DNA of 64,000 nt from contig JBNKKI010000127.1 of assembly GCA_050291745.1 (NCBI GenBank), positions 1,115 to 65,114 of the forward strand. The letters are read 5' to 3'. This DNA is from Gammaproteobacteria bacterium. Lineage in GTDB: Bacteria; Pseudomonadota; Gammaproteobacteria; GCA-001735895. A program made the translations under genes and the position numbers. Below, piece after piece: positions 39,821 through 50,503 of this stretch. The notes beneath the pieces were generated by a model. That model saw nothing but the letters and a program-made list of their open reading frames with translations, searched no databases and had not been told where the DNA came from. Numbering within the stretch: the stretch's first letter is position 1; the number at the start of each line of letters is the position of its first letter.

Positions 39821-41442
39821 TAACTACGCTTAAACCCTGAAGTGATTGGATATCGCCGCTCTTTGCCAAAAGCCCTTTGTGTCACTCTCACGCCGGGTGG
39901 TGACTGGCGGCGTTTATATTCATTCATATCCACCAGCCAGCTAACCCGTTTAACGACATCTTCGTCAAAGCCCTGCGCAATAATATCTGCTACTGACATA
40001 TCCTGCTCAATATACATTTGCAGGATCGGGTCAAGTACCTCATAAGCGGGCAGGGAATCTTCATCCTTCTGGTCTGGAGCCAGTTCTGCCGATGGCGGAC
40101 GATCAATTACCCTTTGCGGAATCGCAGGACTCAGAGTATTTCTAAATCTGGCCAGCGCAAATACATTCAATTTAGAGACATCTTTTAGTGGTGCAAAACC
40201 ACCCGCCATATCACCATAAAGTGTTGCATACCCTACTGACATTTCGCTTTTATTTCCGGTCGTCAGTAGCATGGCCCCTTTTTTATTGGAAATAGCCATC
40301 AGGATGACACCTCGACTTCTCGCCTGTAAATTTTCCTCAGTTACATCCTGTCCTAACCCACTAAATTCATCTTCTAAAATATGCATAAAAGCCTGAACTG
40401 GCTCACTAATCGCTATTTCAGAATAAACAACATTTAACATGCGAGCCTGCTCTGCTGCATCAGACTTGCTTATTTCGGCAGTATAATGATAGGGCATCAT
40501 AATGGCATGAACAGCATCAGCTCCCAGGGCATCAACTGCTATAGCCAGTACCAGTGCAGAATCAATACCTCCAGACAGACCTAACACGACTTTTTTAAAT
40601 CCATTTTTGATCACATAATCATGTGTCGCAAGTACCAGTGAGTCATACAGTTGTTGCATTTCTCCAGATTCAGGTATTGTTTCTGAAATAGCTTTTACTT
40701 CACCATCATGATTGATATCCACAACGGTTAAAGATTCCACAAAGCCTCCAGCTTCAAGACACAGGTTTTGTTGAGCATCTACCACAAAACTATGTCCATC
40801 AAATACCAGTTCATCCTGCCCTCCAATCATATTTACATAACATACAGGCACTTTATTTTCTGCAACACGCTGTCTCACCTCATGCAATCGTTGAACTGTT
40901 TTACTGGCATGAAACGGAGAGGCATTTAAATTAACAATAATTTCTGCTCCCGCCTCTACTGATAAGCGTGCTGGCTCGGGATACCAGATATCTTCACAAA
41001 CAGTAATACCAAGTTTAAAGCCTTTAATATCCACTGTGCAGGGTTTGTCACCCGACTTAAAATATCGCTGCTCATCAAAAACACCGTAATTGGGTAAACA
41101 GTGTTTAGCATAAGTTTTTACCGATCCATCAGCGCTTATACTAACTGCAATATTATATAAATTGCCCTGTTGCCTGGATACTGCTCCAAATATTACACAC
41201 ACACCAGGATTAGCCTGCCTGATAGATTCAATTCCCTCTTCAACCTGAGAAATAAACTGATCCCGGAATAATAGATCTTCTGGAGGATAGCCCGTTAAAG
41301 TTAACTCTGGAAAAACGACTACATCGGTCTGATACAGATTTTTGGCTTTAACGGTATAGTCAATAATCAACCGAGTATTAAATTCGATATCACCGACTTT
41401 AGGATTGACTTGAGCAAGGGTAATTTTCAGAGAATTATTCAC
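39820..41442 (-). CDS. nadE: glutamine-dependent NAD+ synthetase NadE
   Basis: N-terminal CN-hydrolase domain (FPELTLTGY, CEDIW) followed by a synthetase domain with SGGIDS. Confidence 0.92.
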   Translation of the reverse strand: MNNSLKITLAQVNPKVGDIEFNTRLIIDYTVKAKNLYQTDVVVFPELTLTGYPPEDLLFRDQFISQVEEGIESIRQANPGVCVIFGAVSRQQGNLYNIAVSISADGSVKTYAKHCLPNYGVFDEQRYFKSGDKPCTVDIKGFKLGITVCEDIWYPEPARLSVEAGAEIIVNLNASPFHASKTVQRLHEVRQRVAENKVPVCYVNMIGGQDELVFDGHSFVVDAQQNLCLEAGGFVESLTVVDINHDGEVKAISETIPESGEMQQLYDSLVLATHDYVIKNGFKKVVLGLSGGIDSALVLAIAVDALGADAVHAIMMPYHYTAEISKSDAAEQARMLNVVYSEIAISEPVQAFMHILEDEFSGLGQDVTEENLQARSRGVILMAISNKKGAMLLTTGNKSEMSVGYATLYGDMAGGFAPLKDVSKLNVFALARFRNTLSPAIPQRVIDRPPSAELAPDQKDEDSLPAYEVLDPILQMYIEQDMSVADIIAQGFDEDVVKRVSWLVDMNEYKRRQSPPGVRVTQRAFGKERRYPITSGFKRS

Positions 41443-41691
41443 TGTTATTTCGTTGGCTATTAAAAGCAGCTTATTGTAATTAATAATGCTTAAATAGCCT
41501 AATTAGAAAATATATTGATTGAAACTCTGAGCTTAATAACTTTCCCACGATAGATCAATAATTGAACCGACATGTATTCAATCCAAAAAAAATATTTACT
41601 AATCACTAGCATTTATTTTTACTTTATACCTATCTCAGCTAATCTGACAGACTACATAAACAATATTATCTGACTCAACCGGGAAATTAAC

Positions 41692-42489
41692 ATGAAAAAT
41701 AAACATCGGGCATTATATATCTCTCATGGCGGTGGCCCTATGCCAATTCTAGGTGATGAAGGGCATAAAGAAATGCTTGAGTGTTTAAAAATAATTTCAG
41801 CTAAAATCACAAAACCATCGGCAATCATTGTAGTCAGTGCACATTGGGAGGAAAAAATACCCACAATTACTGCTGCAGAAAACCCCTCGCTAATCTATGA
41901 TTATTATGGTTTTCCTGAAGAATCATACAGTATCGAATATGGTAGCCCCGGAGACCCCGTATTAGCCAATAAAATCCACCGCCAGCTACACAAAGCAGGT
42001 ATTACCAACCAGCTCGATGAACAACGCGGTTATGATCATGGAATGTTTATCCCGCTTAAAATAATGTACCCGGAAGCTGACATTCCCTGTATTCAGATTT
42101 CTCTGAATAACAACCTTGACCCTGCTGAACATATCAGGCTAGGCCATGCTTTACAAAATCTTGACCAGGAAAACTTACTACTCATAGGCTCAGGATTTTC
42201 ATTTCATAATATGCAAGCTTTTTATGCGGTAGAAACCGATGAAATAAAAGCAATGAATGAATCCTTCGAAAGCTGGTTACTGGATACCTGTAACAATACA
42301 GAAATAAATGAAAATGAACGATCACAAAGGCTTATTCACTGGAGCCAGGCCCCGGCTGCCCGTTTCTGTCACCCCAGGGAAGAGCATTTACTTCCACTCC
42401 ATGTATGCTATGGTTTCGCTCAAACGAAATGTTCTGAATCTTATGAACTGAAAATCTTGAATAAAAAATCGAGTATGTATCTCTGGTAA
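41692..42489 (+). CDS. ygiD: class III extradiol dioxygenase (4,5-DOPA dioxygenase, YgiD-like)
   Basis: LYISHGGGPMP, SAHWE, DHGMFIPL and EEHLLPLHV motifs. Confidence 0.8.
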   Translation: MKNKHRALYISHGGGPMPILGDEGHKEMLECLKIISAKITKPSAIIVVSAHWEEKIPTITAAENPSLIYDYYGFPEESYSIEYGSPGDPVLANKIHRQLHKAGITNQLDEQRGYDHGMFIPLKIMYPEADIPCIQISLNNNLDPAEHIRLGHALQNLDQENLLLIGSGFSFHNMQAFYAVETDEIKAMNESFESWLLDTCNNTEINENERSQRLIHWSQAPAARFCHPREEHLLPLHVCYGFAQTKCSESYELKILNKKSSMYLW

Positions 42490-42519
42490 CTGGAAACTGT
42501 AAATTCTGCATCTAAATAT

Positions 42520-42825
42520 ATGTATCAGTTAAAAAACAATCCTGAAAAAATGATAAGAAAAGACATCAAAAAATTTCAGGATATCCCCAATGTTGGTCAA
42601 GCGACAGAACAGGATTTTATTCTTTTAGGCTTACAGCAACCCATTGATTTAGTAAACAAAGACCCTTATTCGATGTATGAAGATCTGTGTAAGATTACCC
42701 GGCAAAGGCATGATCCCTGTGTAATCGATGTCTTCATTTCAGCGGTTGAGTATATGAATGGTGGCCCGCCAAAAAAATGGTGGGAATTTACTAAAGACAG
42801 AAAAAAGACATTAGCCTCAAAATAA
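42520..42825 (+). CDS. helix-hairpin-helix domain protein (Cdd1/mitomycin-resistance-like)
   Basis: IPNVGQATEQDFILLGL HhH-like motif. Assignment is tentative. Confidence 0.45.
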   Translation: MYQLKNNPEKMIRKDIKKFQDIPNVGQATEQDFILLGLQQPIDLVNKDPYSMYEDLCKITRQRHDPCVIDVFISAVEYMNGGPPKKWWEFTKDRKKTLASK

Positions 42826-42865
42826 CAAAATACCATAATACCAAAATACCATTTAAGGAGTATAT

Positions 42866-43159
42866 ATGTTTGCCGTTATTTTCAAAGCCGAACCTGATTC
42901 ACAGGATGAAGCCTATGCTGCAGCAGTTGCTAGAATGAGACAGCTAGCTTTTGAAAAATATGATTGTAAAGATTTTATTTCAGTCACTGAAGGAGACACT
43001 GAAATCGCGATCTCATATTGGCAAGATGAGGATGCGATTAAGCGTTGGAAAAATGATGCGGAGCATCTTCTCGCTCAACAGTCAGGGCGCTCAAAGTGGT
43101 ATAAATCGTACACAGTCCAGGTGCTTGAAATTAAGCGGGAATACAATTATCAGAATTAA
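42866..43159 (+). CDS. ABM-domain (antibiotic biosynthesis monooxygenase-like) protein
   Basis: About 97 aa with a ferredoxin-like pattern and the ISYWQDEDAIKRWKND motif. AAGGAG SD. Confidence 0.6.
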   Translation: MFAVIFKAEPDSQDEAYAAAVARMRQLAFEKYDCKDFISVTEGDTEIAISYWQDEDAIKRWKNDAEHLLAQQSGRSKWYKSYTVQVLEIKREYNYQN

Positions 43160-43827
43160 TTGTGGATATCAGACTCCCGGGGTAACAATTCTTTAAGCTG
43201 TTTCCTGCTCAGAAAACGCCAGGGTCGCGGAATAAGGCCGGGAACTTTCGTCATATATTGCCGATAAATGTCACCATGATATAGCACTAATTTGCGTTCT
43301 TCGAGAATAGAACCAAATACAAAGTAAACAGTTAACATTATGGCACTGGTTAGCATTATCGGATCAAGTTCGCGACTCCAGATTAGAACAATCCCCATGC
43401 TATACCAGGGATGTCTGACAAACCGGTGAAATACACCAATTTTAAATGCTTCCTGATCTTCAACTTTAATATTACGCTCTGACCATTGCTTTATTCCAAT
43501 AAACTCATCCATATCGTAATAACGCAAAGAGAAATAAAAGGCGACAACAGTTGCAAGCGTGATAAGCTGCATTAACCAGAAAACGAGGGGACTCCAATGC
43601 CATAGAGGCTCACTGGAGAAACTGTAACTGAGTAGCAGGATCGGTAAAATCAAAATTGTCGAAGCAAAATTAAAGACCAGACGATAAGCAGGCATTAGCT
43701 GAGGATAGTGCTCAGCAACCCATCGTTTTAAACCGAGCGAAGCGGTCAATGAATGGATTAAAAAATAAACAGTCCACAGTGAAACGATAATAATTATATG
43801 AAGGATATCTATAGTACTTTGCATCAA
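43156..43827 (-). CDS. membrane methyltransferase-family protein (ICMT/NnrU-like)
   Basis: Five to six TM segments with an RHPWY...G motif in the C-terminal half. Confidence 0.5.
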   Translation of the reverse strand: MMQSTIDILHIIIIVSLWTVYFLIHSLTASLGLKRWVAEHYPQLMPAYRLVFNFASTILILPILLLSYSFSSEPLWHWSPLVFWLMQLITLATVVAFYFSLRYYDMDEFIGIKQWSERNIKVEDQEAFKIGVFHRFVRHPWYSMGIVLIWSRELDPIMLTSAIMLTVYFVFGSILEERKLVLYHGDIYRQYMTKVPGLIPRPWRFLSRKQLKELLPRESDIHN

Positions 43828-43940
43828 TTGAAAATTGTTTGATAATACATGTTCAACCTGGGAAAATCATATAGGAAAACACTGATTTATTCAGAATCAG
43901 CTTATTTTACTCTTTAAAGCTAGCAGCGATAACCCTGAAA

Positions 43941-44897
43941 ATGAAACTTATTCTCGCCCCGATGGAGGGTTTACTCGATACTTATCTGCGCGAAATTATT
44001 ACAGATGCTGGTGGTTATGACTGGTGTGTCAGTGAGTTTCTTCGTGTCACTACCCAGCTTATGCCTGCTAAAGTGTTTTATCGTTCAGTACCTGAGCTAT
44101 TGAATGGAGGCGTAAGCAGATCCGGAGTGCCTGTTTATTTACAGTTGATGGGAAATCAGCCTTCAGTCGTTGCTGAAAACGCCAGCCTGGCTGTCGAGCT
44201 GGGAGCTTTGGGTATAGATTTGAATTTTGGCTGCCCTTCTCCTACCGTTAATGGTAAAGGGGCTGGAGCAATTTTACTGAATGAACCTGAAAGCATTTAT
44301 AAAATTGTGCAAGCCTCACGTGAAGCTGTTCCCTCCTCGACTCCATTTATGGCCAAAATTCGACTTGGCTATGACAATACCGACACAATTATGGATGTAG
44401 TGAAAGCTATTGAAAGTGCCGGGGCCGATATGATTACGGTGCATGCCCGTACTAGTGCCGATCGTTATAAAGCACCAGCTCGCTGGGAGTGGATTGCGAA
44501 AATACGTGAAAGCATCAGTATACCCGTTATTGCGAATGGTGATATTGCAGATATTGATTCTTTCAAAAGATGTCAGTCAATCAGTGGTTGTGAACACTTT
44601 ATGATTGGAAGAGCTTCAGTAAGACATCCTTTGCTGGCACGACAAATTCGCCAGTCAATTTCAGGTGAATCACCAGGCAGTATTACATGGTCAGAACAAA
44701 AAGCTATGCTACTTAAATTTTCAAAAATTATGCAGGGTTCAAAAAAAGAAATTGGCGCAGTATCCCGTGTAAAAAAATGGTTAAAAATTTTGACCAAAGG
44801 ATCAGCTTCCACACAACAGGAATCTGAATTACTATTTGAGCGTATAAAAAAGGTAACCGAGCTGGAACAATTGATACAAATTATCAAACTTACATGA
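43941..44897 (+). CDS. dusC: tRNA-dihydrouridine(16) synthase DusC
   Basis: LAPMEGLLDTYLREIIT..., GIDLNFGCPSPTVNG, and VIANGDI...MIGR. Collinear with what I recall of E. coli DusC. Confidence 0.88.
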   Translation: MKLILAPMEGLLDTYLREIITDAGGYDWCVSEFLRVTTQLMPAKVFYRSVPELLNGGVSRSGVPVYLQLMGNQPSVVAENASLAVELGALGIDLNFGCPSPTVNGKGAGAILLNEPESIYKIVQASREAVPSSTPFMAKIRLGYDNTDTIMDVVKAIESAGADMITVHARTSADRYKAPARWEWIAKIRESISIPVIANGDIADIDSFKRCQSISGCEHFMIGRASVRHPLLARQIRQSISGESPGSITWSEQKAMLLKFSKIMQGSKKEIGAVSRVKKWLKILTKGSASTQQESELLFERIKKVTELEQLIQIIKLT

Positions 44898-44982
44898 TAG
44901 TCATAAGCTGCCAGATCATACAATATCACATTAAATAGATAATACCCGCCTACTCAAAGCATATTAGTATTTCAACAGATAA

Positions 44983-45192
44983 TCAATTTTGCCATCTAGG
45001 TGTTATAAAAACATTCATTATTTTGGCAGATAATTCACCATCCGCAGTAATGGCAGCAGTCCATTTAGGAACAGCCTGAACCAGCCAGATTATAAAGACA
45101 ATTAGAATAACCTTTTTAGCCGTCGAAAGATTTTTATACTTTTCAGACAAACTTCCCTGCTGTTTTTTTATTTTTGTCATCAGCATACCCAC
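44983..45192 (-). CDS. hypothetical small membrane protein
   Basis: ORF only, with a single hydrophobic helix (VILIVFIIWLVQAV). Confidence 0.3.
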   Translation of the reverse strand: MGMLMTKIKKQQGSLSEKYKNLSTAKKVILIVFIIWLVQAVPKWTAAITADGELSAKIMNVFITPRWQN

Positions 45193-45358
45193 CTACCTTA
45201 TTCAGTGAATTGTGCTTTAGTGTATTACAGAAAAATAAAAATTTATAGATAAAAAAGTGTCGAGCATATTAACCCTGTTTTTAATGTGGTTACTCTGACA
45301 CTTATTTTCAGGGAAATTCACCCTCCCCACAATAACAATTCTTTCAGACAGCTGCTTA

Positions 45359-45505
45359 AACCTGGAATCCGCAGTTGGGTGAGTTGAACCTGCAATTCAG
45401 TTCGTAGCGGGATGCACCAATTGGTAATTATACACATCAACTGTAAAGGTTAATGAAACAGTGGGTTAAGCTCTATTGCGAGTGTTCAACTGTGGAATCC
45501 AGGTT
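45359..45505 (+). mobile_element. Family-1 element, short (147 bp) variant lacking the central hairpin
   Basis: Both TIRs are present. The junction GAGTTGA|ACCTGCAATTC removes the ~95-nt hairpin precisely. The right TTAA flank contains the tex TAA stop. Confidence 0.7.
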
Positions 45506-47834
45506 AAACAGTCTTTCTGGCTCGTGCAAAAGCTTCAGCCATAGAACCATTTTGTGGCGCTTTTGATTGAGCAGATTTTTTTACACCTTGAGAAGTCTGT
45601 TTATGCCGTTGCTTAAAAGCAGGGTCATTACCTGGAGTTGAATTTTGCTGTTCCCTGACATCATCATTCAAGCGCATACTTAAAGCGATTCTATTCCGCT
45701 TTGGATCAATATCCATGACCTTAACTTTAACAATATCACCAGCTTTAACCACTTCATGTGGATCTTTTACAAATTTGTCAGCTAAAGCAGATATATGAAC
45801 CAGTCCATCCTGATGCACACCAATATCAACAAAAGCACCAAATTTCGTCACATTAGTCACTGTGCCTTCAAGAATCATACTCACTTCCAGGTCGGTAATT
45901 TTCTCTATACCCTCTTTGAATGTAGCGGTCTTAAAGGCTGGACGTGGATCTCGACCCGGTTTATCCAGTTCATTAATAATATCAGTTACGGTTGGCAGGC
46001 CAAATTTTTCATCGATATAATCAGCGGCATTTAAAGCTTTAAGCATTTTACTATTACCAATTAAACTTCGAATATCCAGATTATTCTGTTTAACCATTTT
46101 TTGCACAATGACATAACTCTCTGGATGGACAGCAGAATTATCCAGAGGATCAATGGCATTATGAATACGCAGAAATCCAGCAGCCTGTTCAAAACTTTTT
46201 TCACCCAGTCTGGGGACTTTTTTCAGTGTTTTACGATATTTAAAAGGTCCATTCTGATTGCGAAATTCAACAATATTATCAGCGATAGTCTGATTTAAAC
46301 CTGCTACCTGAGAAAGTAATGCACTGGAAGCTGTATTTATTTCAACACCGACTGCATTCACGCAATCTTCCACAACTGTTTCCAGGTTTCTAGCCAGTTG
46401 AAATTGATTGACATCATGCTGATACTGCCCTACTCCTATGGATTTAGGATCGATCTTGACCAGTTCTGCCAGCGGATCCTGTAATCGACGGGCAATTGAT
46501 ATGGCTCCACGAATAGTGACATCCAGATCAGGAAATTCTTTTGCAGCCAACTCGGAAGCAGAATATACCGAAGCTCCTGCTTCGCTCACCACCACTTTCT
46601 GTAATTTTAATTCGGGGTGACGTTTCATTAAGTCACTACACAGCTTCTCTGTTTCACGAGATGCAGTTCCATTACCTATGGCCAGTAATTCTACTTGATA
46701 TTTTTTAGCCAGTCTGGCGAGAATTGCTATTGATTCATCCCATTGGTTTTTTGGTGCATGTGGAAAAATGGCAGTAGAATCCAGAAATTGACCGGTATTA
46801 TCTATAACCGCAATTTTCACTCCGGTGCGCAATCCTGGATCAAGACCAATAGTCGCCCTTTGTCCTGCTGGTGCAGCCAGTAACAAGTCTTTCATATTGC
46901 GCCCAAAAACATCAATGGCTTCTTGTTCGGCACGCTCATGTAATGCACTAAACAGTTCCAGTTCAAGGCGCATTTTCAATTTCACTGACCAGGTCCAGCG
47001 CACAACATCCGCCAGCCAGTCATCTGCTGGTCTTTTCCGGTGCTGGATATTGCAATGTCTGGCAATGATAGTTTCAGCAGGATGGCTTAAGGTCGGGTCA
47101 TGATCCACATCGATATTCAAGTGTAAAACACCTTCCTTACGCCCCCGAAACATGGCCAAAGCCCGGTGTGAAGGTATTTTTGATAACTGGTCTTTATGAT
47201 CAAAGTAATCTTTAAACTTTGCGCCCTCTTCTTCTTTACCTTTGGCCACTGTGGCAAACAATAAAGCATTTTTAGTCAGGTAAGTTCTCAGTTCAGCAAC
47301 CAGATCAGCCTTTTCAGTAAAAGATTCCATCAGGATGAAACGTGCTCCTTCCAGCACATCCTTGATTTCTGGAAATTTATCCTTGAACTCATCATCTGTA
47401 CAAATGTATTGAGCAGCCTCCTGTTCCGGATTCAGTTGCGGATTTTCCAGCAAAGCTTCAGCCAGCGGTAAAAGACCTGCTTCAATAGCAATTTGTCCTT
47501 TGGTACGGCGCTTCTTTTTAAACGGCAGATAAAGATCTTCCAGTCGCACTTTCGTTTCAGCTGCATTAATTTCTGCAGCCAGTTCAGCGCTGAGCTTACC
47601 CTGATCTTCAATAGCTTTTAGAATAGAGAGTCGACGATCATCCAGCTCTCGCAAGTAGCCCAAACGTTGTTCAAGATGACGTAATTGCACATCATCCAGC
47701 CCCTCGGTCACTTCTTTTCTATAACGGGATATAAATGGAACGGTAGCTCCTTCATCAAGCAAATTTATGGCAGCTTCAACCTGTTTCTCTTTTACAGAAA
47801 GTTCCTGTGCTATTCGATGACTAATAGTAAGCAT
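45504..47834 (-). CDS. tex: transcription accessory protein Tex
   Basis: [14 protein letters not shown]-terminus, YqgF-like and HhH regions, and a C-terminal S1 domain ([16 protein letters not shown]). Confidence 0.95.
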   Translation of the reverse strand: MLTISHRIAQELSVKEKQVEAAINLLDEGATVPFISRYRKEVTEGLDDVQLRHLEQRLGYLRELDDRRLSILKAIEDQGKLSAELAAEINAAETKVRLEDLYLPFKKKRRTKGQIAIEAGLLPLAEALLENPQLNPEQEAAQYICTDDEFKDKFPEIKDVLEGARFILMESFTEKADLVAELRTYLTKNALLFATVAKGKEEEGAKFKDYFDHKDQLSKIPSHRALAMFRGRKEGVLHLNIDVDHDPTLSHPAETIIARHCNIQHRKRPADDWLADVVRWTWSVKLKMRLELELFSALHERAEQEAIDVFGRNMKDLLLAAPAGQRATIGLDPGLRTGVKIAVIDNTGQFLDSTAIFPHAPKNQWDESIAILARLAKKYQVELLAIGNGTASRETEKLCSDLMKRHPELKLQKVVVSEAGASVYSASELAAKEFPDLDVTIRGAISIARRLQDPLAELVKIDPKSIGVGQYQHDVNQFQLARNLETVVEDCVNAVGVEINTASSALLSQVAGLNQTIADNIVEFRNQNGPFKYRKTLKKVPRLGEKSFEQAAGFLRIHNAIDPLDNSAVHPESYVIVQKMVKQNNLDIRSLIGNSKMLKALNAADYIDEKFGLPTVTDIINELDKPGRDPRPAFKTATFKEGIEKITDLEVSMILEGTVTNVTKFGAFVDIGVHQDGLVHISALADKFVKDPHEVVKAGDIVKVKVMDIDPKRNRIALSMRLNDDVREQQNSTPGNDPAFKQRHKQTSQGVKKSAQSKAPQNGSMAEAFARARKTV

Positions 47835-47969
47835 AGTATGTTTTTATCTGATCTATCCGGAGGGCGTATTATGGACAAGAATATATTAATTAACAGTCTT
47901 GTTTTGGAAATTTATTTATGCTCTCAACCAGTGATCAGAAGCGTTTAATTAGTAACAGTATGACTGTCC

Positions 47970-49298
47970 TTAACCCTCTTCCTGCCAATGCCAGGCATAC
48001 CAGCCCTTCTCAGTAATTTCGATAAATTCACGTAGTCCGGGATGATAGGCTCGTGGATTTATACCCGGTTGTTTATGTAACAGAGTTCCTTTTTCAAGAT
48101 CCCATACCGATATACCATCTTTTTCAGGCATACCTGAAAATAGATAATGATCGAAATAAAAAATATCAGCCGTTGGACCGGCAAATTCACGAATTACTTC
48201 TTCACTTTCGGCATCTATAATCATCACACTATCTACCGGCAAATCACTTAAGCGCTGATACTCTGATGAGCCCCATATACACAGGGTATTATTGTCATAC
48301 CAGAAAAAAGGGCTATGCCAGAAATAATCCCAGACACAATAAGAACGCTTGGATTTTCCATAGTCAGCTTCCCAGATATTTTTCTCTAACCAGTCTTTAA
48401 GACTCCAGCTAAAAGCCACACCGACAGGGTGCCATATCCAGCCGATTGTTGCTATCCTCTGCTGATCCGGTGATATTAGCAATTGTCCACACCATTCAGT
48501 AAAAACAGACTCTTTAAAAATACCCTCTTCATTATCCTCCTCTGCTATAAATTCTCGCTCAGTCAGACACTCACAGGTTTTGAGTCTGGTTACGTCCAGT
48601 CTATTCCAGTCGGTGGCATGTATTACAAGCTGCTCACCAGCATGTTCGACAAAATTGACCGGAAAATCTGTAAGCTCTACATGGTAATCACCACAATTAA
48701 GAGGGATGATCTGTTGACCAGTATTCAGATCTAATACTACTCCGTAATTAAAAGGCTCCTGTTGTTGACTACAACTGGCACTGGTAATGGCAGCAAAGGC
48801 ATTATCCCTGCTCAAAACCATTGAGACTGTGCCATCGAGACGAAGTTGATCCTGCGTTAAGGTGCTTATCAACTGAAAAGAGCCATCTTGCAGATTCACA
48901 CGGCATAACTCACCACCCTGACCCAAAATTATGGCATCGACAGGGTGATCATGCAGAGGTTGCATTATAATTATCTGCGACGGACAGGCATCAGACAATG
49001 ATATTGTTCTAGCTGTAAAATGAAAGGGGCGAAGGTTTTCGACTATGCCGGGTGTTCCCTCCACGATCCAGTCACCCTCGTCTTCCAGCTTCTCTATACA
49101 GTGATCACAGAACCTGTCAGTTAATGGTTTTTTTTCTTGTGCACATGATTTGCAATAATATTCCAGCTGCCAGCCTTTACCATTAAAAAATTTAACACCC
49201 TCCGTGCTTTGCCTGTGAAATATATGGCTGCAGACCAGATGAGAATGAGCGACAGGATGATTGCAGCAATTTGTTACAGAGTTTACAGTACTTTCCAT
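47970..49298 (-). CDS. hypothetical protein with an N-terminal Cys/His zinc-ribbon-like region and an aromatic-rich, possibly propeller-like body
   Basis: 442-aa ORF with CCNHPVAHSHLVCSH and CKSC-x11-CDHC motifs. Later W/D-rich segments include ISVWDLEKG, LCIWGSS and IGWIWHP. Confidence 0.6.
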   Translation of the reverse strand: MESTVNSVTNCCNHPVAHSHLVCSHIFHRQSTEGVKFFNGKGWQLEYYCKSCAQEKKPLTDRFCDHCIEKLEDEGDWIVEGTPGIVENLRPFHFTARTISLSDACPSQIIIMQPLHDHPVDAIILGQGGELCRVNLQDGSFQLISTLTQDQLRLDGTVSMVLSRDNAFAAITSASCSQQQEPFNYGVVLDLNTGQQIIPLNCGDYHVELTDFPVNFVEHAGEQLVIHATDWNRLDVTRLKTCECLTEREFIAEEDNEEGIFKESVFTEWCGQLLISPDQQRIATIGWIWHPVGVAFSWSLKDWLEKNIWEADYGKSKRSYCVWDYFWHSPFFWYDNNTLCIWGSSEYQRLSDLPVDSVMIIDAESEEVIREFAGPTADIFYFDHYLFSGMPEKDGISVWDLEKGTLLHKQPGINPRAYHPGLREFIEITEKGWYAWHWQEEG

Positions 49299-49443
49299 GC
49301 TGTATTTAAGTCAGAATTAATTTATTGATTATGGGTTAGACATAGCCTTCAGGTAGAAAGATTATTTTAAAACGCAATTCGCACATAAACAATAAATGAT
49401 TTATACAAACAAGGTAATAACATCAATTTAAGAGTCAGCGTAT

Positions 49444-49689
49444 ATGTCAAAAATAGAATTTTCAAAACAACAGAAAGAATTAATCATTGATAAAATTCAA
49501 GCTTACTTCGAACAGGAGCTTGACCAGGATATTGGTCAGTTTGATGCCGAATTTTTGCTCGACTTTTTCTCTGAGCATGTGGGTAATTTTTATTACAATC
49601 AGGGGTTACAGGATGCACAGGCTGTCATAACAGGACAACTGGAAAATATTAGCGAAGCACTGTATGAAATTGAAAAACCAGTCGATTAA
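49444..49689 (+). CDS. DUF2164-family protein
   Basis: 81 aa with the pattern IQAYFEQELDQDIGQFDAEFLLDFF. Confidence 0.65.
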   Translation: MSKIEFSKQQKELIIDKIQAYFEQELDQDIGQFDAEFLLDFFSEHVGNFYYNQGLQDAQAVITGQLENISEALYEIEKPVD

Positions 49690-49735
49690 ATCTTCACAGA
49701 GATTGAGATAAATACTCTTTTCTCAGTACGATGTT

Positions 49736-50281
49736 TTACAGGTATTGCTGATAAGTATTAATTTTCACTCTTAATCTTTCACTGAGAAAGCTGTTTACTT
49801 CTCCTAATTGTTGCAGAATGTAAATTGCTTCATCTCTGTATTTTAATTTTTTTGGCTTAGTCCAGTGCACAGGAGGTGACTGTAAATTTGTAATACGGTC
49901 ACACAATTTTACCATCCACACTTCTGAAGGTTGCTTTTTAATACGGCTGATACTGTCCTTCATTTGTTCTTCTTTAGAAGGTAGTTCAGAATTTTTGGTG
50001 AGAGATAACACGCCATCAGCAATCTGTTTATCAAATTCATTTACAATATCTTCATAAGTTGTATCTGTATCTTCTATCGAATCATGTAATAAAGCACAGG
50101 AAATTAATAAATCAGGATCATTAATTTTTTCATTATTTGCTATCGCTGCCATTGCTTCCATAGTCACAGAGCCAAGATGGTTTATATAGGGGATACCTAC
50201 TCCCGCCATAGTCTGATCCTGGTGAATCTTAGAAGCATAATTCCATGCTTTTAAGTAATTATCCTGATCCCAAATCTTCAT
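49736..50281 (-). CDS. stand-alone HD-domain (p)ppGpp-hydrolase-like protein (small alarmone hydrolase type)
   Basis: HLGSV...ALLHDSIEDTD HD motif of the RelA/SpoT hydrolase domain. 181 aa with no synthetase domain. Confidence 0.75.
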   Translation of the reverse strand: MKIWDQDNYLKAWNYASKIHQDQTMAGVGIPYINHLGSVTMEAMAAIANNEKINDPDLLISCALLHDSIEDTDTTYEDIVNEFDKQIADGVLSLTKNSELPSKEEQMKDSISRIKKQPSEVWMVKLCDRITNLQSPPVHWTKPKKLKYRDEAIYILQQLGEVNSFLSERLRVKINTYQQYL

Positions 50282-50440
50282 CTTTTACACAAATTTCCTG
50301 GCTGAAAGACATCTTAATTATTACCTGAGTATAAAACAGACAATATCCAGTGAAATCAAAAATGGCAAGCAATAATTTTAAGCAATTAGTGATAGTTGTC
50401 GTGGTATATATGGGGATACCCATTAACCCTGCAGCATTAT

Positions 50441-50503
50441 CCTAGAAAAATCAGTTGAATCATGAAAGTCTACGTAACAGCTTAATGCAGCTGATAAAAT
50501 CAA
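50441..50503 (-). mobile_element. Family-2 element relic (one terminus plus ~60 nt)
   Basis: CCTAGAAAAATCAGTTGAATCATGAAAGTCTACGTAACAGCTTAATGCAGCTGATAAAATCAA matches the reverse complement of the right half of the copy at 5492-5598. Confidence 0.5.
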
